Assembly (NCBI GenBank): GCA_040285825.1
Contig: JAUPSS010000008.1
Location: 310,001 to 374,000, forward strand
Source: Eukaryota sp. TZLM1-RC
Lineage: Eukaryota > Protista > Metamonada: BaSk clade
Length of the DNA: 64,000 nt
Direction: 5' to 3'
In this document: in pieces, positions 60,017 through 64,000 of the stretch
How the letters are laid out: the number at the start of each line of letters is the position of its first letter
Position numbering within the stretch: the first letter of the stretch is position 1
Notes under the pieces: generated by a model
What the model was told of the DNA's origin: nothing
The model's database searches: none
What the model saw: the letters and a program-made list of their open reading frames with translations, nothing else
Position numbers and translations under genes: made by a program

Positions 60017-61219
60017 CTACATCTCCACAAACTCGGACAACAAATTCTGAGAAATTTGCTTCCATTTCAAAGCCTCAGTTTCCCAATTCAAAAGATTTTG
60101 TGAACCGCAAGAACTATCAAAGCTACAATTACTTACTAAACTACCAGTCAAGTCTCCAACAATGGCATTACTTAGTGAGTCATCGTTAGAACAAACGCCA
60201 ATAAAGCTAGAATTGGTAGATACCCTTTTCAAGGGAGCAATAACAAAAGCTTCCTTACTGGATTTATCAATCAAATTGGATGGAGTCGGTATGACAAAAA
60301 GGCAAGAAACAGGACCCTTGACATCAACATTGGAAACACATTGACCATCATTGACCGACCAAGACTTTATTGAACCATCAAGACTCCCACTGAAAAGCCT
60401 TTTAGAGTGTTCAGCAAAGCAAACTACTGATACCTCTGACTCATGGCTCTTCTGGCATTTGACTAGGTTTGGATATGTATTGAGCGAAACATTCGTCAGA
60501 CTGATCATTGAAACAGATCCAAAACCTGTCCCAACCGCCAAACAAGTTTCCAAACTGTCAACAGCCATGGATGAACAGGGCTCTGGAAGGGTAAAGGACC
60601 ATAGAGACACACCAGTGACGGGACAAAGGATAGCCAATGTTCCATCAGATGAAGCAGCAAAGAGTCTGGGGGGAAGCGTGGAAGGAGAAAAAATGAGTGA
60701 AGCAATGGGAGCAACAAATGAGGTAAAAGAATGTCTGCAAGTGGGGTGAGGTGGGTCAATGGTTCCATAAAGAGAAAGAAGAGAGGAAAGGTTCCAGACA
60801 ATGACAGCAGAGTCTACCCCTCCTGTAGCAAGGTAGGAACCACAAGGGGAAGTAGAGAGAGTTTTAATGGGACAAAAGTGAAGTTTAGAGGAGCAAAGGA
60901 GGGTGCCAGTTGATGTGTCCCAGATACGAATAGAACCATCTTGGCAACCAGCAAGGAGAAGTGTCTCATCATGAGAGATGCAGAGAGAAGTGGGTTGTAT
61001 ATCGAGAGTGCATCGGTAAACTGGTGAAGAGCGACCGTAAAGACAGAGGTAAATTATAGGAGACCCCGGATGTATAGATGCAAAGAATGAAGACGAGTAA
61101 GCAGTTGAGCGGAAATCAGAATGAACTTGCTTAACACTGGCAATGGTAGCCCCAGAAACAGGATGCCAAAAAGATATGCCAGGCTGTGTAGCAATTCCGG
61201 ACACAATGACTTCTTCCAT
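60017..61219 (-). CDS. WD40 protein, WDR18/Ipi3-like (rixosome)
   Basis: WD repeats (GSIRIWDTSTGTLL..KLHF.PIKTL, LATGGVDSAVIVWNL); first ATG at 61219. Confidence 0.75.
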   Translation of the reverse strand: MEEVIVSGIATQPGISFWHPVSGATIASVKQVHSDFRSTAYSSSFFASIHPGSPIIYLCLYGRSSPVYRCTLDIQPTSLCISHDETLLLAGCQDGSIRIWDTSTGTLLCSSKLHFCPIKTLSTSPCGSYLATGGVDSAVIVWNLSSLLSLYGTIDPPHPTCRHSFTSFVAPIASLIFSPSTLPPRLFAASSDGTLAILCPVTGVSLWSFTLPEPCSSMAVDSLETCLAVGTGFGSVSMISLTNVSLNTYPNLVKCQKSHESEVSVVCFAEHSKRLFSGSLDGSIKSWSVNDGQCVSNVDVKGPVSCLFVIPTPSNLIDKSSKEAFVIAPLKRVSTNSSFIGVCSNDDSLSNAIVGDLTGSLVSNCSFDSSCGSQNLLNWETEALKWKQISQNLLSEFVEM

Positions 61220-61229
61220 ATTTACAGAC

Positions 61230-61263
61230 AATGTCTAAAAAATGAAAGTGTCAAATGTGGAGG
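61230..61263 (-). promoter_or_regulatory. Conserved upstream element shared with CDC23
   Basis: CCTCCACATTTGACACTTTCATTTTTTAGACA, starting 44 nt before the ATG. Confidence 0.6.
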
Positions 61264-61269
61264 GAACTG

Positions 61270-61570
61270 AGTTTCCCATTATTCTTTTTTGTCTTCTTAT
61301 AAAGAAATCAAACTTGTTGCGGCACAGGGCTCAGTGATCTCCATTGATCAGCAGTTGGTCTAGTATAGTACTTGGACGGAAGCCGGTATTCCTAATTTCT
61401 TCCTGTGTCGGTACACATGCGTTTCCGAGGGCCTTGATTATTTGCATAATCTTTTTAAAAAAATTAGTTTTCTGCGCTTTCTTACATTTGAAACAACAAC
61501 TGGTTCCAAACTCATCAATTAAAAGGACTTTATAACCAGCCCTTTGAAATATAATTCTTAAACTTTTGTT
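61270..61570 (-). pseudogene. Fanzor1 C-terminal remnant
   Basis: KSLRIIFQRAGYKVLLIDEFGTSCCFKC is RuvC-II plus a Zn motif; it is not in the ORF track. Confidence 0.75.
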
Positions 61571-61599
61571 TTTTTTTTCTTTAATTTTTAATTTAGTAC

Positions 61600-64000
61600 A
61601 CCGAGAAACTTAACAACAAACTTACAATGCTAAATCTGCATAACCCAAATCAACCAGAAAGAATTGACTGGAAGTTTTTATTTCATAAAAGCGACCAAGA
61701 GAATAAAGCAGAAGATAATAAGGGGATAACACCTTTAAAAATTGAAAATACAATTCTGTTCTGCCAAAAAATTTTTGCCAAAAATTCTTCCTGAACGTTG
61801 TTTTACATTTTAACAGAATCATTCAAGAAAGATAAAGCAAATGGACAAAGGACATAATGAGTATGCGATTCAGCATTCAAGGAAATCAACTTTGCTTTAT
61901 ATTTATCAACTTTACAATTTTCAGCAACAGACGGCGCATTCTTGTGTTTTGACTGAGCTAATGGTATAAGAGAATTATTACACACATCAGTTGATCTCAC
62001 ATCAGTAATTATAGTGGTCCCTTCAAGACTTTCAAGCATTAAATCACCTCTATTACGACCAAAAGAATTCAAAATATTTTCATCAATCAATCGAGAGAGT
62101 AAAGGTTCTAAATATGGAACAATTTTGTGTGACTTTGACAAACAATATAGTTGACCTCTAAATGCATCATGGAATTTTGATCAAAAAGTAATAAAGTGTT
62201 ACAATTGTGTAAACAAAGGGTAATATTTATTGAATTTGCACACTTAATTAAATTAACTCATAACTAATGGGACGACTATCATTGAAACAAGATTTCCTCT
62301 ACAAAATCTTGATCTGCTTGCTGTCTAGCTAAAGCTTCTCTTATTCGATTGAAAAACCGAGGTAATCTATTAATAATGGCAAATTGAATCCGTGAACGCC
62401 ATAAAAAAACATCAAAACTTTTCATTGTTTTTTCTTGCACCATTTTTTGGAAGTAATTTTAAAAAAGTTTCTGCTTCAACTGATAATCTTCCATTTATCG
62501 AAAATGGGAAAGCAATAAAAACCAGCTGTGTATTTCTATCGACATTTGCCTCTTCAATATCATTATCATATTTTCTATGTTTCTCTTTTGCTTTGAAATC
62601 CAGAGCAGCCACCGGATTAAGTTTTATTCTGTGAACCAAAGTATCATTTGCAACATTACATGAGACAAAGTCAACAATAGCTTCAGAATTATCAATCCAA
62701 TCACAGTATACATCACCTCTATCATCAGAACCAAAATTATTCAGAGAAAGTGTTTCCTTCAGCAGGGGCTCTTTGATCCACGATATTCTTGCAGTTTGTG
62801 CCATATTGAAAACAGTGTCTCTAACACCATCATGTAATGAAGAACGATAAGTTATCAATTTAGAGCAATTCAGAGCATGGCGCAAAGTGAGTTGAGGTGA
62901 ATTCGAACAAATACATTTTTCCTTTGATAATAATTGTTTAATGGGGATATTCAAATATAATCTCATTTTTGTTACAAATGCTTCATTAGTGGCACACAAT
63001 CCAAATCTTCGTGGTACAATGGTTACAGAAAGTGAAGAATCTGATGATTTGCTTTCACAAACACCCTTTTCCAATAACAATGAGTGAAGATCTTGATTTA
63101 AAACAGCCGAGCTGCATATATTATTATAAAGATCTTTTTCATACATTCCAGTCAATCGTTTCTGTAATGTTCGATGAGTGTACTTCAAATTTAAAACATT
63201 CTTTTCTGGAATATTGCCATTGAATGTTTGGGGAAAGCATCGACTCCATTTTTCTACATCAATGTTGGAAATTTCTTCATTTAATGCAAAAACAGTGGAA
63301 CTTTGCGTTGCCATCAATAAATCTTCGCAATCTGCAAATCTTTCGGAAAACTCAAAGATTGCATTTCTGCATCCACCAATTAAAGCAAACGAGGTAAGAG
63401 TAGAAGCCTTCGTCCACCCTAAACCGCCATAATGTGGTCTAAGGTAAGCATGGTCTGGAATTTGGAACATTTTGCATCCCAGTAATTGTGACAGAACTTT
63501 TGCACGTAATTCATTAAACTTCTGAGCCAAAGGCCTAGTGACAAGAGGATTTGTAGATCGAAATATATGATTGAAATTGGAACTAAAACACAGTCTTATA
63601 ATGGTAAATTTGATGTGTTTTTGTATATCTAAATTCATTATTCGGTCAATTTTGTCGGAAATTGAGTCCAACAAAGGGTCAAAACAATGATTTGGAAAAA
63701 TTTTTGATCCACATTTACAAATCAAATCAAGTGAGGCGTTATCGGGCCAAATGAAACATCAAAGGCGCATTGTACAAAAAATTGTGGTATCATCTAGAAG
63801 AAGACCATAAATTTGAGGAATTTGAGAAATTAAACAAGAAGAAGAACTGATTTAGCCATCTAACAGAAATTTTCCGAAAACGGGATTATTTTTTGGGCCG
63901 AGCCAAGACGAACATTAAAATCCAAGGTTTCAAAAATTATTGCTAATTTTTTTATTCATTTAACAAGGAATATGAAAACATAAAATACACAACTAAAACT
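61600..64000 (-). mobile_element. Decayed CRE-like element(s) hosting a family A insertion
   Basis: RNRGDLML...ITDVRSTD, KVDKY; interrupted at 62222-63669. Confidence 0.75.
62222..63669 (-). mobile_element. 5'-truncated family A copy
   Basis: Near-identical to the family A 3' half; TSD AACAAAGGGT at 62212-62221 and 63670-63679. Confidence 0.92.

Noticed and set aside
1-64000. tRNA, rRNA or CRISPR loci
   Set aside because: None recognisable by inspection; a covariance search was not possible.

Overview
Eukaryotic, AT-rich, intron-poor genomic DNA from a flagellated protist. Ciliary genes ARL6, DNAL4-like and CEP131 are present. Three or four short GTATG...AG introns suggest a metamonad-like lineage (inference). 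The standard genetic code is used. Twelve intact host genes sit as islands: CLASP, an RNI-type LRR protein, SMC6, CDC23/APC8, CEP131, ARL6, RPL7A, SMYD, an SMP-domain protein, a dynein light chain, SPO11/Top6A and WDR18-like. Between them are nests of mobile DNA: (i) many copies of several CRE-like non-LTR retrotransposon families (RT plus restriction-like endonuclease) with readable, unrelated 8-16 bp target-site duplications (TSDs), nested insertions and one twin-priming inversion; (ii) a 1.1 kb gag-only LTR element with identical LTRs; (iii) gypsy, hAT and PolB-exonuclease remnants, one of the latter preceded by a 2A (StopGo) motif; (iv) decayed Fanzor (eukaryotic TnpB-like) elements. The main signal: four clear and up to three weaker Fanzor remnants each lie co-directionally just upstream of a host gene start (SMC6, CEP131, SPO11, WDR18; probably CDC23; possibly DNAL4 and the LRR gene). 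Two pairs of those genes share conserved upstream sequences. This suggests a promoter/5'-end-targeting Fanzor system whose guides would derive from host 5' regions, or whose ends serve as promoters.
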